From: Marsupella aquatica | Taxonomy: Eukaryota > Plantae > Marchantiophyta | Assembly: GCA_973895155.1 (NCBI GenBank) | Contig: OZ316893.1 | Coordinates: 27,786,210 to 27,850,209, forward strand | DNA: 64,000 bases | Direction of reading: 5' to 3' | Part shown: in pieces, positions 1-13,224 of the stretch | Layout: each line of letters starts with the position of its first letter | How positions within the stretch are numbered: position 1 is the stretch's first letter | The notes under the pieces: generated by a model | The model's database searches: none | The model's input: the letters and a program-made list of their open reading frames with translations, nothing else | What the model was told of the DNA's origin: nothing | Made by a program: the position numbers and the translations under genes

Positions 1-2791
1 TCTGATCTATCTGATCTATCTGATCATGTGTATGACCGACCAACAAGAAACCCACTTTAATCTTGTCAAAAATCTTCAAATCTACTAACATGTGAAGATA
101 AGCCATCAAGAATTTATTCTTGTTTTCCCTAGTGGTATTATCTAATTGAAGATATAACACTCTTGGTAATGTCCCATCCCATGTATTCAATACATTTTGA
201 ATAACATGTATGGTCAAGTTTGCATCATTATGGATATTGGGATATGTCAAAAATACTTTTGCTGCAAGGTTCCTGTTGAAGATGAGACAACCTACAACAT
301 GTATTGGAATGAAATATTTTTCATCCATGTTCTTTGGACAATGAAGAAAATGTGGTAGCTTTGTTTTCTTTTGATCCATACCATCTATACAAATACCCAA
401 ATACTTGTTGGGCTCATCATAGCATTTTTTACGATGCTTGGCTAACTTCATCCTTTCCAATGATTGTACTTTTCGATGCTCCATAAAGGCATTGATGTAC
501 TTTCCTGAAATGATACAATAGCAATGAATTAAAAATCAATAACTAAGGATAAACTTTGACAAATATTGAAGTACATGTCATCAAATTAAAGTTGAAGGTT
601 ATAGTTAGTGGAACTTACTTTTATCCTCTTCAGTTGTTGCTTTGTCCCGAAGAGCCTTGAATTTAGTACAAGGACCACAAGTAGAAAATCGACTCCTTTT
701 ATGAATTCGTACATTTGGAAACTTTTTTTTCCAAACACACAAAAAATAAGAATATCTAACTTGTTGTTCTTCTCGCAACATTGTTTCAGCTTCAAAGATT
801 CCATGTATCTCTTGCTTTGTCCAATTGTCTGGCAAGTGATGAATCTCTTTATGGGGAAGACTATCCATATTTTTTTGGAAAAAATCTTTCAACCATTCCA
901 CCAAGTTTAGAAATGAAGGTGAGTCTTTCTTACAAAAGGTATCTTGTTCAATCCTTGTAAACATGTTTTCATGGATTGTTGCCAATCTATTATTACCTAA
1001 AGAATATAGTTTCTTGAATTCTCCTCTACATATAGGTTGTCCATTTACACTACATCCACAAGAAGTACTACGGTTGTTCATGATACAACCTCGTAGCAAA
1101 ATATTTTTTTGCAAGTGTTTAAGACCAAAATAATACTTGCGTTGTTTTGAGCATTCCTCTAGACCCAGAGACCTCAAGCAAAACTTGTCACAATAGAGAT
1201 ACTTAAAAATATCTTTAATTTTGCATTTTTTTTAGATTTGCAATGGTAAGTCTATCTTTTCTAATCATCTGATCTCTGATTTTCGTGCTGGGTCTTGTCA
1301 CCTCTACTCTATCCTGAATAGTGTCGGGAGAACTTACCCCCCCCACTATTTTCTAGTGAATTAGAATTCAAAACAAAAAGATCTTCTGTAGAGTTGTTTC
1401 CACTCTCCACATCTTTTGTAACTGTTTCATGAACAATCTCACATCCCAGGATCTCTTCAACAACATTTGAGATTATAGCAGTCTCTCTGTCATTTGCAGC
1501 CTCCTCTGATCTCTCTTCAGAGTCTTCTGAAAATGTAATAGGTGTTCGGAGATTTCTAGTTTGAAATCTTCTAATGATATTCACATCTTCAGTCGGAGTA
1601 CCGCCCACTTGTCTCTGAGACTGTAATCCCAGCCTAGGTGATTTTTCTCAACTTGAGGGCTCATCTTGACCATTGAATAATCTTTGGACAAGTTTCAATT
1701 TAGCATGTACCCTTGAATTTTTGGGCCCTCTCTCCGGCAGCTCACTTCGCAATAATCTCTGAGGAATTTTCTGGATGCTAGATCTCTTCCCTCTTTCGTT
1801 CTGCACTTGCCGTTCAATGGAAGATCCAAAAACCTCACACTGCATCCTCGCCAAAGGGCTTCGAAGCCCCATGTTGTTAGTTTTACCACTTGGTGAAATA
1901 ACTGATGGGAATACCGATTGGGATCCATGGATCCCAACTCGTATTCGTCCTTCGAGACTTCAAAGTGAAAACTTTCCCACTTGCTGTTCTGCGTCATGAC
2001 TTGGTAATTTTCCGTTGCGCAATACAAACTGGGATCCGCGTATCCCATTTCGCATTCCACCATTGGAACTCAGGTTGGAAGTCCGCAAGACCGGTGACTC
2101 GGGCACAGGATTCTGCAAAATACCACGAGGGAATACTAAGTGGGATCCATGGATCCCACTTCGTATTTGACCCAAGGAATTTGGTACTGAAGGAGACAAA
2201 ATAGGCAATCCACGTTCACTGTTTCTCAACATTCGAGTAGGGAATACCAAGTGGGATCCACGGACCCCACTTGGTATTCGACCCACCAAATTTGACTCCG
2301 AGGCTGTCCCTCCCTGCAATTCCAGCACATTTGGACTCCTCATTCGCTCAAACTGTGATTGAACACTGGACACAGCTATCTTCACTCCCGGAGAATGAGA
2401 CATTGGAAAAACCAACGGAGATCTTCGGGCGGGCCTACATGGTAACGTTGTTCTTGGCATTAAAAACCGGGGCCTTCGTCTTTGAAGATCTGTCGGGGTT
2501 TGTGGTGAACCAGGTGTCTCTGTCGTAGGAACTACATTAGGCTTCTTTACAAGTAGACATCGTTTAAGAGGTTTACTTGGAGAGACAGTATGAAATCGGA
2601 GCACCCACAACACTCCTACAAGACTCTAAATCAGACTCTGATTTCTCAGATTCTGAGGAAAATGAAATCTCTTGCACTACTCTCTATGAGGCTGGTAATT
2701 CATTCATCAAACGAGATGGAATAAATGTTTGAACAACATCTGGCGAAGATGCATCCAAACTGTAAATTGACTCATCACTTGAAGATGCCAT
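1..2791 (-). pseudogene. DUF7869 / Sola1-like DDD transposase gene, runs off window start, N-terminal part degenerate
   Basis: ORF 605..1177 (..FSTCGPC..) splices in frame via a GT-AG intron 618-505 (AAAA|GTAAG ... TTTCAG|GAAAG) to exon 504-1, which reads ICIDGMDQKKTKLP..LYLQLDNTTRENKN..FLLVGHTHDQID, the motif set of this family. The candidate ATG at 2791 is inferred; the region 1178-2791 has stops/frameshifts. Confidence 0.75.
1909..2279. repeat. Array of four 38-bp palindromic repeats (GAATAC-N5-GGGATCC-N2-GGATCCC-N5-GTATTC) with an exact 111-bp period and dissimilar 73-bp spacers
   Basis: Copies start at 1909, 2020, 2131 and 2242, read directly from the sequence. Confidence 0.9.
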
Positions 2792-3073
2792 AGAGAATCA
2801 AACAAGGATTATATAAGAGTACGTATTCCTATCCAACAGAGATAATTCAGATTACAGTATTCTATGAAAACAACTACTCAATACTGAATGAACCTCAAAG
2901 TAATCGCGAGAAATGAAGATGAAAAACAGATGTGAGCTCTTCCTTTTATAGTTTTTGGGGGCATTGGACACGTGGCATTCCCTGATTGGTCTGTACAAGG
3001 GTTTTTTCACGTGAGAGTCTGTCTTTTCAAAGAATGCTGAAATTTAAATTGTAGATTTTGGAGGAAGTTGTTG

Positions 3074-3568
3074 TGGATCCCAGTTGGTCTTCAAACTGGA
3101 ATATCAAGGTATGCGATGCAAAAACTTCAAAATGTAGAGGTTGAATACTAGATGAGATCCATCCCATCTGGTATTCATCCTCCTGTTTTCCCGATGAGTT
3201 TTTGGACTTGCAAAAAAAATGGGATCCATGGATCTCAGTTGGTATTCATGTCGAAAGATCTCCTGATGCAAAGTTGCAGGTGGAAAACATTGAGGTTGAA
3301 TACGATAGTGGATACTTGGATCCCATCTCGTATTCATCATGCATTATGGGCTAAAAAAATTCCGGACATGTCGTCGGGTTAACTTAACTAATTGTGTGGG
3401 TCGATTGTAGTCTGCGGTCAGTTTTTCGCAATTTTTGGTTTTATCGTAGTTAAAAATTCAAATATTTTTAACCCGAGGTTAAATGAAAGCGTCAAGAGAA
3501 TGATTTGGTGCGGTTTTTGTCCACGTTCAACGGTTGAATCCAAAATGGGATACGCCGTATCCCATTTT
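3074..3568. repeat. Second cluster of the same palindrome, upstream of the transposase gene
   Basis: Copies at ~3143-3176, 3210-3247, 3298-3335, 3542-3568 and a half-site at ~3074-3092. Confidence 0.8.
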
Positions 3569-3974
3569 CAGTTTGCCATTTTGATGACGAAAATGAAATC
3601 TTGTGTTTTACTCGTTTTGTTTGACGCTCGGATTTAGCTTTTAGAAGGATCACGTGAAAAACATTGTTTTTCTAGGTTTTGGAATTTGCACTTTTTTTAG
3701 ATGAAGTGTATCGGAATTATGGATTGTGACAATTCTTTGTTTTTGTGTCAACAATATCTCGATTTGAAATCCGATGTTGGATGCAATTTTGGATTCATCC
3801 TCAAAATAGCGTTTTTGATCTTAATTTTAGTGATTTTTTGCCGTTTTTCGCGAAATCGAAAACACACTTCTCGTTTGGTGGTCATACTTCTTGTTTGGTC
3901 CGTCACTGTGTTTTAAGGGTTACTTGTCACGGCTTGCAAAGGTTGAGCATAAAGTAATTGCTGAAGAGTTTTCC

Positions 3975-4660
3975 ACAATTTAAGGATTTCCAGGATGTGT
4001 TGGGCTCATTGATGGTACCCTAATTCCTCTTCCTCAACTTGGACCAGCATATATGATAGAAAGTGCAGATATTCAATCAATGCCCAGGTGGTTTACGACC
4101 ACAAGCAAAAGATCCTATACCTATTCATTGGTAACACTCTACCCACATCATCTTCCATCTTGGAATAAAGGCAGGAATAAAGGTGATATGTTGATTTTGA
4201 GAGGTTTAGGTCTCAAAACAGAAATTGTTTTCATAAGACCTGTTGTCTTGCAGGTATGCCCGGGTCAGTTGGTCGGGTCTGTTTTTGATCTCACATGCTA
4301 CCAAAGGTCATCTTTATTTCACAATCAAAATGACAACAATTTATTTGGCAGTGATCAGTATCTACTGGGTGACAGTCTGTGGATTTGAGTCCATGGATCA
4401 CAGTTATGGTTTCTGCATACAAAAGAGCTAATGTTCACTAGTCAGGAGCGGGAGGACTTCAACACAATCATGTGTGTGTACAAGCTAAGTGCAAAGTAAC
4501 TAATTAATGAGCATTGCATTGGTGTTTTGAAGTTAATGTGACACTCCCTGAGAGAGATCCATACCCAGTTCAAGAGGCCGGACAAGAAGGTGATAGCCTG
4601 GCTAACTCAATGGATTATCATGTGTGCTAGATTGCACATTTATGTAATTGGACGTAATGA
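3975..4660 (+). pseudogene. PIF/Harbinger (DDE_Tnp_4, HARBI1-like) transposase remnant
   Basis: Reads GFPGCVGLIDGTLIPL (~3983), GSVFD..QYLLGDS (ORF 4053..4388), NEHCIGVLK (~4506) and WIIMCARLH (~4611), broken by frameshifts. Confidence 0.8.
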
Positions 4661-5496
4661 TATTTGGACTGAAGCTAGAGGATTCAAAAATCCTTCTCGA
4701 CAATGATTCAGATAGTGATCCAGGTGTTGCCAAAAGTTGTCATGAATTGGCGGTCTATTAAGGGTGTCATGCATTGGTGCTTATAACAGAATAGTGTGAG
4801 GCGATTCTACTTCTGACTGCGTTGGTGTATTTGCAACTGAGCATCACGCAAATACAAATTAGTCAAAATCCTGATGTTGTAACAACAAATGTCCCTCCGA
4901 CTAGGGATGTCAAGAAGAATCAGAATAGTCATGCAAGTAGCATACAAATCTAAGTACTTGAAACAACATGAGCACCAGATTGACTAATATAAAAAGTGTT
5001 GACTCATATCACAATTTGCTACCTTCAGGAAAGATAGTAGGGGAATAAGTTGGGATGACGTATGTTTGGGTTCAGGTTCTTGCCATATGGCAAAACTCCC
5101 TCAGGATCCCATGACTCCTCCAACATGACATGTCTTTGACTCCAACATCATCCAAGACTTCTTGCCCGGTAACATTCGGCCTCTCTACATAAAGGGTAAC
5201 TATGCCGGGAACTATGCATGCGTTCAAAGTATGGGCATGTATATGTATATATAGCCGGTTGAGCTTGTCATCCAATGTAAGCCCCATTCTTAAATCTTGT
5301 TGGTGAGGCCTCCACCCGACTGGTACTTAATTGACATCTTTGGCATCCTTGTACTGCTTTCAGACAAGATATTGAAAACATTTTGTCAAATTGGGCGCAA
5401 TAATTTCTTGACATGGAAATCCATGGTGTTGCAATGCAACAAACATCTGCCAGAAGACAGAAGCCTTGCTTTGGTACTTGCCACCCACCCTCGTCT

Positions 5497-5773
5497 CTCG
5501 GGGTTTCACTTCCACAAAAATGGCACATCACGTGCGACGAAGGATAGGGCCATTTTATTGGTTCAAAGGGAAGACTTAAGAATTTTCTTAGAAGACCAGT
5601 AGGGTCTTTTAAATCCAATTTTAAGACTTATAAGAATATTAAGGTCCTTCTAACTTTTTTTTGGAATATTCCAACTTTATAGGGGTTGAAAAAAAATTCT
5701 TACGTTTAAGGGGGTTTGAGGCATAAAACCATCGCAGGTGATGGGGAGGCCTTCATATAGTGAGACCCCCAAG
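5497..5773. mobile_element. MITE, 277 bp, C(T/C)YGGGG-type TIR family, 8-bp TSD
   Basis: Ends CTCGGGGTTTCACT ... AGTGAGACCCCCAAG; TSD cctcgtct (5489-5496) / ccttgtct (5774-5781); homologous over its length to 46664-46942. Confidence 0.85.
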
Positions 5774-7885
5774 CCTTGTCTTCTTCCCTCATTGCACCGT
5801 GAATGGCATTGAAGTTTTTTGGCACTTCCAAGTACGAGACAATCAGCTTGTAATCTTGAAAGATCTTTAAGACGAAACTTGTCAACTGTCTCCTTCCCCC
5901 CGGTTGGCACATGTATGGAGGATTGAAGGCCCGATTGAAGGTCCCTCTATCCCTTAAAAATCTTGCACTCCCTAAATTTTCCATGTGAGTTAATCACAAC
6001 AAGTGACAATGTCTTCAGAACTTGTACCAGTCAGAGGACTGAAACCCATAAAAGATTTCAAGCAAAATTTCCAAGGGTGGCTTAGAATGAGACGGTGTTG
6101 GACAGCCATGGACATCCTCCGGCTTATATGTTGGAATGTGTTGGCTATCAAAAGTCATCGTCAAACTTGGTGATTTTGCAATTGAATCTGCAACTACCTT
6201 ATCTTTGATGCAAAATGGTATTTGGACATCAATTCTAGAGCTTTGCAATGCTAGACTTGGGGCTCCATATAGTATGTATGACTCACTCAGGAACTTGAAA
6301 TTGTTTGAAAGGAAGCTTTGAACTCCATCATCTTTGGGATATGGAATGAAGGGCATCAGAATGGAGTGGGTTCAAATGCCCGGGAATCAGCACAACATGG
6401 CTTCTCCGGAGGCCGCCTCACACTCTGCTGCGTGAGAGGGAAGTAATAAGGGTGCTCAACTTTGAGCGAGTACTAACCCGTAACTGAAGCCTTACAAAGC
6501 GGGTCACAGCTGGTACCCCATTGGACTTATGTGTTATAACTGGCTCTGGTAAGCTAGGTTCCAAGATCAGTCTTATTCTACCCGTAACTTTTTATTGACA
6601 CTCTACTCTTAGATGCCCTAAGTTTAATTAGGGCATCTCAAACCAGGATACACTACTACATATTTGCCATTTTTGTGAAGGTCATTTACAAGGGGATAAA
6701 CAAACCGCGAAGCGCCGTTCATCGCTCATCTTGCTATGCAAACCGCATCGCAAACTGCGACACTGACACCATCACAACCACTATTTGCGAAACCCAAATC
6801 TTCGCAAATATTTGCAAAACCAAATATCTCCCAAAATGTTTCTGAACCTTTGAGCATTATACTTAGTAGCAATGTTTACCGTTTCGCAAACAACTTGCGA
6901 CGCCGAATGCATCGCTAACGTTGCAATACTTCTGTAATTGGAAAGCGGCTTGCGATGCAAAATTGATCGCAATACAGCGAAACTTAGAGAATCGCTACTT
7001 TTCAATATGGTGTGGCTCGCAAAATCAAGGCGCCTCAGTGGTTCTCTTTAGAGAAGGCTTGAGATTCGGAAAGTTGAGATACGCGTTGCTTCGGAATGTA
7101 GCGATGGTGTTGAGATGGGATCTAGCGATGAGATGGGGATCGCTAATGTAGCCATGAGGTTGAGATGGGTGGGGGTTCGCAAAATGGTTCGGAAAATTGG
7201 TTTTGGGGTTTGTCAGATTTAGAAAGGGCATGGGACAAGGAATGGAGGAAGGAGGGTCAAGGAGAGAGGACGGAGGAGGTACAAACAGTTTTAGGGAGGT
7301 ACACTTTAGGAAGAAAAGGAGGAGGAAGGGTTGACTTAAGGGGGGACAAGGAACAAAGGGAGGAGGGCGGTTTAGGGTGCACAAGGAAATGAGGGAGGAG
7401 GGAGCGTACCTACCTACAGTTTAGGGAGGGAAAAGGAAAGGAGGGAGGAGGGAGGGAGGGTGGAAGGTATAGGTTTAGGAGGGGGACAAGCCAAGGAGAG
7501 AGGAGCATAGGTTGAGGACAGTGAAAGGTGGAAAAAATTGAGGGCATGTATAGGTTTTAAAAAGGAAGGGGTTGAGACAAGGGGAGGAGGGAGGTGGGTA
7601 CAAGTACTAGAGAGAAAGGCTAGGGGGTGGGAGAAGGAAAGCTACGAGGAGGAATGACTACAAGAGACATGAGTTTTCTTTTCATAAAGTGTACCAAAAG
7701 GTGGGAGTGTACATAGGACTTTGGGGATGGAAGATGTAAAAAAGCCACATTTAAAATTGATATACTTACAAGATTGATTTGGGCAAACATAAATTTATAT
7801 AATTTAGAAACAGATATTTCTCCAACCAAGAAGAGAGATCCTCATATGTTCAAATCTAACTATATATCCACATAACATATACCCC

Positions 7886-10800
7886 TCAAACTTGGTCTTC
7901 ATCCTCTTCAGGTTGGGACACAACCAGAATATCTGGCTTTTCCCCAACAACTGAACGAGATTGTGGCACATATGTGATGACAAGTGACCATTCCTCTGGG
8001 TTTGGGGGGTATGGAATATAGAAACATTGTTCCACATGACTTGGAAAAGTGAACGGCTCTGATGTTTGCCAATGAGATGGCTGGAAACTAGTGGCAGATG
8101 TCTTTAGCCGTGTAAATCCACACTCATCTTGAAGCACGGTGGGATTGTTACCTGCAAGGTTCACTTTGAACCACTTGCACTTGAAGACATACTCTTCAAA
8201 CTTTGATTGTGCATCATAAGAGATCACTAGGATCTCCTCTATCTTTCCATAATGTGGCACAACATCTCGAATAATATTTGTGTCATGGCGACTGCTGCGG
8301 GAATCTTGAGAGAATTGTCCTTGAACTCCACAATCAAAGGTACGACCCCTCTTCTCATCAAGGGAAGAAACCCTAAAATCCATCAAACCATAAGGACATG
8401 TTACAAAAATAGGCATAAACATATAACAATTAATATCACATGCCAAAAAAATATCTTTTCAATATATGTGGGTGCATTACACATAAATTAAAATCACCAT
8501 AGATGAAAGGTTACTAAGGTACTTGGAAATAACCTGAAATGTCTCCCTTGTGTCCACATTGCCGTCATTGTTGTAACCATTCTCAAGGGACCATGAACAA
8601 TGGTACGGACGTCATCTGTGATAGCTGGAAAATGTAATACATTCTCTCCCCTCGCTACCATGTCATCCACCTCAACCAACTTCTCCTTCATGTAGTCATG
8701 GTACTTTGGAAAGATCCTTGGTCTTCTACTGGTACTTTTGGCATCCTCATAGAAATCCCTCCATTCTTCCATGATAGTGCTGTTACCCAACATGAATGTG
8801 GTTAGTTTTTTCAACTCCACTGGTGTCAACATGCGGGTTTTTATAGCACCTGTTAAACGATCCTCCTCATCTTCCCTCTCCTCTACCCAAGTACGGGGAG
8901 AGGTACGATCAATTGTGGCCAATATGTTACTGCAATAGAACATACTCTCTGCTGTCAAGTATCCTGTAGCCATGCTTCCCTCAACCCGTGCCCGGTTACG
9001 TACATAACCCTTTAATACTGCCATGTACCGTTCCAACCAATACATCCACCGACAATGCATAGGACCAGCAATGGCCACCTCATGACCAAGATGAACAAGT
9101 AAATGCACTTGGCAATCAAAAAAGGAAGGAGGAAGGGCCTTTTTTAACTTGCATACCACCTCTGCTGCCAGTACCTCCATTCCCGGGATCTCTTCACAAT
9201 ATATCTCCTTAGAACATGTACCCATCTCAATAGTTTTCCCAATGACCACATGGCATCTTGCACTTCTGAACTTTCCAAACCTATTATGGCCATGGGCAAT
9301 ATATGCTGCAATAACCGATGATAGTCATGCATCTTGAGATATATTGGCCACTTATGATTGTCCTCCATCCCAAAGGCTTTCCGAAGATTAGCACCATAAC
9401 CAATAAGAAACCGCATGCCTCCTATGCGATTCCTAAACTCCCTTCTCTGGCCAACAGGAAGCACCCATGGGGCTGAAGGTCGATGTTCTATCCCTGTGAT
9501 AGGATCAATTGTGACCCATACATGTGGATGCATCTCAAGATCCTCACAAGCCTCCCTGAAGTTAGTGTCCTTTTCTCCATAGAAAGCCTTTATCAAAGCC
9601 TTTCCCACATTTCCCTCAATGTGCATGGGGTCCAATAGATGGCGGATCTTCAACTCTCCCCAATAAGGCAAAGTGGTTAATATACTCCATCTAGTCAACC
9701 CGCTACCCTCAAATTGCATGGGATCCTCCTGGTTTGCCACTCTATCAGCCAAGTCTTTCCAATGTGCAAAGTTGTTGGCTCTGGTATATCACGTTCATCA
9801 CCAAAGGGCATATCAATGGAGGAAAATAGTAGTGGGTCAAACCTCATCTGATGGCCCATTGGCAGAAACTTTGTATGCCCAAGATAAACAATCTTGTGAA
9901 GGTGTGATGAGTACTTGGCTATATCACCAAGACTTGGGCCACAAGTGGAGCAAGCCTTGTAGCCTTGGGTTTGCAACCCACTCACAAAGCCAAATCCTGG
10001 TCATATAGACACACATAATATACAATTAGCACATGGAAATGAGGGGATAACATGCATTATCATATCATGCTGGATGTAAACAAAAAAAAGTGTTGTAGTT
10101 TCATAGTTCTTACCTGGGTAGTCATGCATGGTCCACATACAAACCCCTTTTAGTTAAAAAAACCTGTGGGGTACCCCCTGTAGTCTTTTGACCGTCATAT
10201 GCCCATATTCTGTCCAATAATTTTTGGAGTTCCTCGACCACTAATGCCAAATAGGTGTTCATGTTCTTCACCTTCTTTGGCCCTGGGATAATCAAAGATA
10301 GCAATAAAAAGCCCTTTTTCATGGACAACCATGGTGGAAGGTTGTAATTCATGAGAACCACCGGCCAAACTGATGTAGGTCTCCCCTTCCCTCCAAGTGA
10401 ATGAGGGCTAACCCCATCTGATGCCAACCCAAGTCGCACATGCCGAGGGTCACGCTCAAAATCTGGCCATGTTGACTCCACATGTTTATGAGCAGGTGTG
10501 CCATACCATCAACTCGGCCAAGTTAGAACATCTATACATGTGCAACAAGCAAGGAATAATGGGGAACCAACGAACTGCTTTTCTTGGCACCTTCCCGGTT
10601 AGCATGTTTGGGTCATATCGTGGCTCATGACATACTGTGCATTCTGTCATATGGGCTTTGTCCCCATGAAATAATAGCAATCATTCACATAGGCATGAAT
10701 GATATGGTAATCCATGCCAATGGATGAGAGAATCTTCTTTGCATCCTTCCAAGTTCCAGGCAACACATTCTCCAAGGGTAACATCAAGTCATGACTGTTC

Positions 10801-11198
10801 AACAACCCCAATATGGCTGACAAACGACTCAACCGAGCACCCTCAAAGATAGGTGTCCGGGCATGTTCCTTAGCCTCCTTTCATTGTTGTTGTCCCTCTG
10901 GAATATGTTGTGGTCGTGGGTCATTTTGGGGGGCAGCTCCTTCAACACTAATGTCAGGGACACCATCTTCAACATCAGCACCAAACCAATCAACCATGAA
11001 GTCATCCATGGCTCTGTCCTGGTCATGCATGACCTGGTCATCAGTCTGAGGTGTTGCTTCCTTATCACTATGATCACTTACATCATTACTTGATGAGGAT
11101 TCATCATCCTCTGATGGTTCTCCCTCTTCTGGCATGCCCATCTCCCGATATGCTGCTCTCAACCTTCGTGGTAACATTTGTTGAGATGGTTGCACATT
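7886..11198 (-). pseudogene. CACTA transposase (TnpD; Transposase_21/DUF4218/DUF4216), frameshifted
   Basis: ORF pieces with RHVRLGLASDGVSP..SVWPVVLMNYNLPPWL, LDPMHIEGNV, LKMHDYH, FFDCQVHLLVHL..GP...RWMYWLERYM..LKGYVRNRARVEGS, FKCKWF..EPFTFPSHVEQCFY. Confidence 0.92.
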
Positions 11199-11446
11199 CT
11201 ACGCACATCACAACCAAAAAACCTCTTGATGTACATTTCACCAGGTACAACAAAAACAGACTTCAGACCATTCATTCAAGACAAATTAACAATCAGTTTT
11301 AAGGATTGATTGCATGCATTCACATTAAGAACTTAAGTGAAGGGCCACACCAAAATTATACTACTCCAAAATGAGGCCAGAGGACATGTATATAATGATA
11401 AGTGTGAAGTACACACAAGGTACAAGAGGATGTATGACATGGCTCC

Positions 11447-12600
11447 CTAATCCCACTCATAGTGTGTGAATAACTCATCTCCAGCTCTAATAGTCCTAGT
11501 GGCAAGAACTAAGCAATGGTCTTTATGATATGTTGGTCCATATGGTGCCGGCATTGGGCCATCAGTAAAAACCCACTCACAATTGGCCCTACGCTTGGGT
11601 CGAGTCCCCACAGTACTATTTATAAAGCCAGCAATATTCCCATAATGTACGGGATCACCGTCTATCACCCGCTGCTCACTATACCTTCTAGTGCTACCAT
11701 GAAAAGTATCTATCTCTAGGGCATATATTTTCCACTCAGGATGTTGTGCAAGGATCATGTTCCAGTGTCTTCTCTTGTAGATGGGTCCACCGTATGGGAA
11801 CAAAGTAGGACCCTCTCTACCACAAGCACTTGACCCACTCCCATCATCCATGACGATATCCTCACAAGCAAATACTCCATATCCGTGTCTCTCTCCAAGT
11901 GTGGAAGCTTTCACATTCCAATGTCTACCCCAAACCACAATTATCTCCTCATCATAACCGGGAAAATAAGGCAAGCCAAGAGTCATAGGATCCCAATCTT
12001 TGATGATAGAGGCACACTTGCCAGTGAATGAACAAATGCCCCACCTACCCTCAACTAGTGTTCTTGATGGGTCATTGGGTGCTCATGGCCTCCTCTTGGA
12101 CTGGGGCCTGGACCGGGGTCTTCGTGTCTCAGTGGGCACATGAGACTGTTCCTCTTCAGTCCCATGATTTGTACTGACCCCTACACCCAAGGCTTGTGAA
12201 AGTGCATTGCCTATAGCATCTAAAACTCCTTGTGATGGGACATAGGGTGGTGGTGTCACCGGTCTACGCATACTGGATCCCTATTCCATGCAAAAACCCA
12301 CAAAAAACCATGTGTAAACATTGATTCACTTATGAAAATATGAGGGAAAAAAGGCAAACAATTGAAATCCACATGTACCATATGGGGTGAAGAAGCCCCC
12401 GGAGTAAGACCCCTGTGACGTCCATATCTCTCAATATGTTGAGCACACACATAAGATTTTTGAGAAACTTGGCCCACACATCTGGTGCACTCACAAAGTC
12501 TCCGGGGAGGATCACGAGGACCGGTAACCTCAGGTTGAGGAGGAGGGGGTACATCGGAGGAGGAGTACTCACTACTGGATAGTTCAGAGGAGGAGGACAT
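11447..12600 (-). CDS. Two-exon gene: CxCxxC..H (transposase-associated Zn-domain-like) exon plus SET-domain exon; one internal TGA at 12083-12085
   Basis: SET motifs GYGVFA, GNIAGFINST and ATRTIRAGDELFTHY in ORF 11447..11986. The frame continues up to 12280. Intron 12378-12281 (ATG|GTAC..AATAG|GGA, phase 0) joins exon 12600-12379 (CECTRC..CAQHIERYG). Confidence 0.8.
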
Positions 12601-13224
12601 ATCCACTGCCACATTACATTGCATGTAGGGCATGATTAGAATCCCTCTCGGCCAAAAAATATCCTAAAACTAAACTACAAAAACCCTTTTTTGTTTAGCA
12701 TGAAACCCAAAGGAAAGTGTCATGCACAAAAATATCACATTGTCACCCTTGGGAAAATTGTAATGGTCTAGGCCCTGAATTAGGTTAGTGAATTACCTGA
12801 ATGAGACCCGGGCTCAACAGTGCCTATAGGTCGTGTGGCTCAATGAACATGAGCCAAATCTAGAAGTAGGAGGAAAATACTGGAAAAAAATGTAAGTTTT
12901 GGATAGTCATTAGCATCTCTCAAGTTGTGGAACCCCAAACATAAGTTACACATATATATTCTTGCAAAACAAAAAATGGCAAGGTTTATGAAAAATCTCC
13001 ACTAACAACACTACATACATGTTATACCTTTTAGATGCCCGGGTTCCCACAATGCATATGCATTAGACAAAAGTTGAGGAAGTAGTGATGTCCCTGGGGT
13101 GTATCATGATTACATGGGTTTTCCCCTCAATTGTTAGCATAAAAATCTCTTAGAACTTTCCCTCATAAGTTACCGTATAATTAACCCAAGTGTCCATGAA
13201 AATAGAGCCTGTCTTTCCCTCCTA

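Noticed and set aside
1909-2279. CRISPR array
   Set aside because: Eukaryotic intron-containing context, no cas genes, 73-bp spacers and degenerate repeats; kept only as a palindromic repeat array.
4900-6430. LINE ORF1/zinc-knuckle remnant on the - strand (CQRCQLS..)
   Set aside because: Too degenerate to support a call by eye.
7025-7660. Pro/Gly-rich ORFs
   Set aside because: GA-rich low-complexity DNA inside the CACTA subterminal region.
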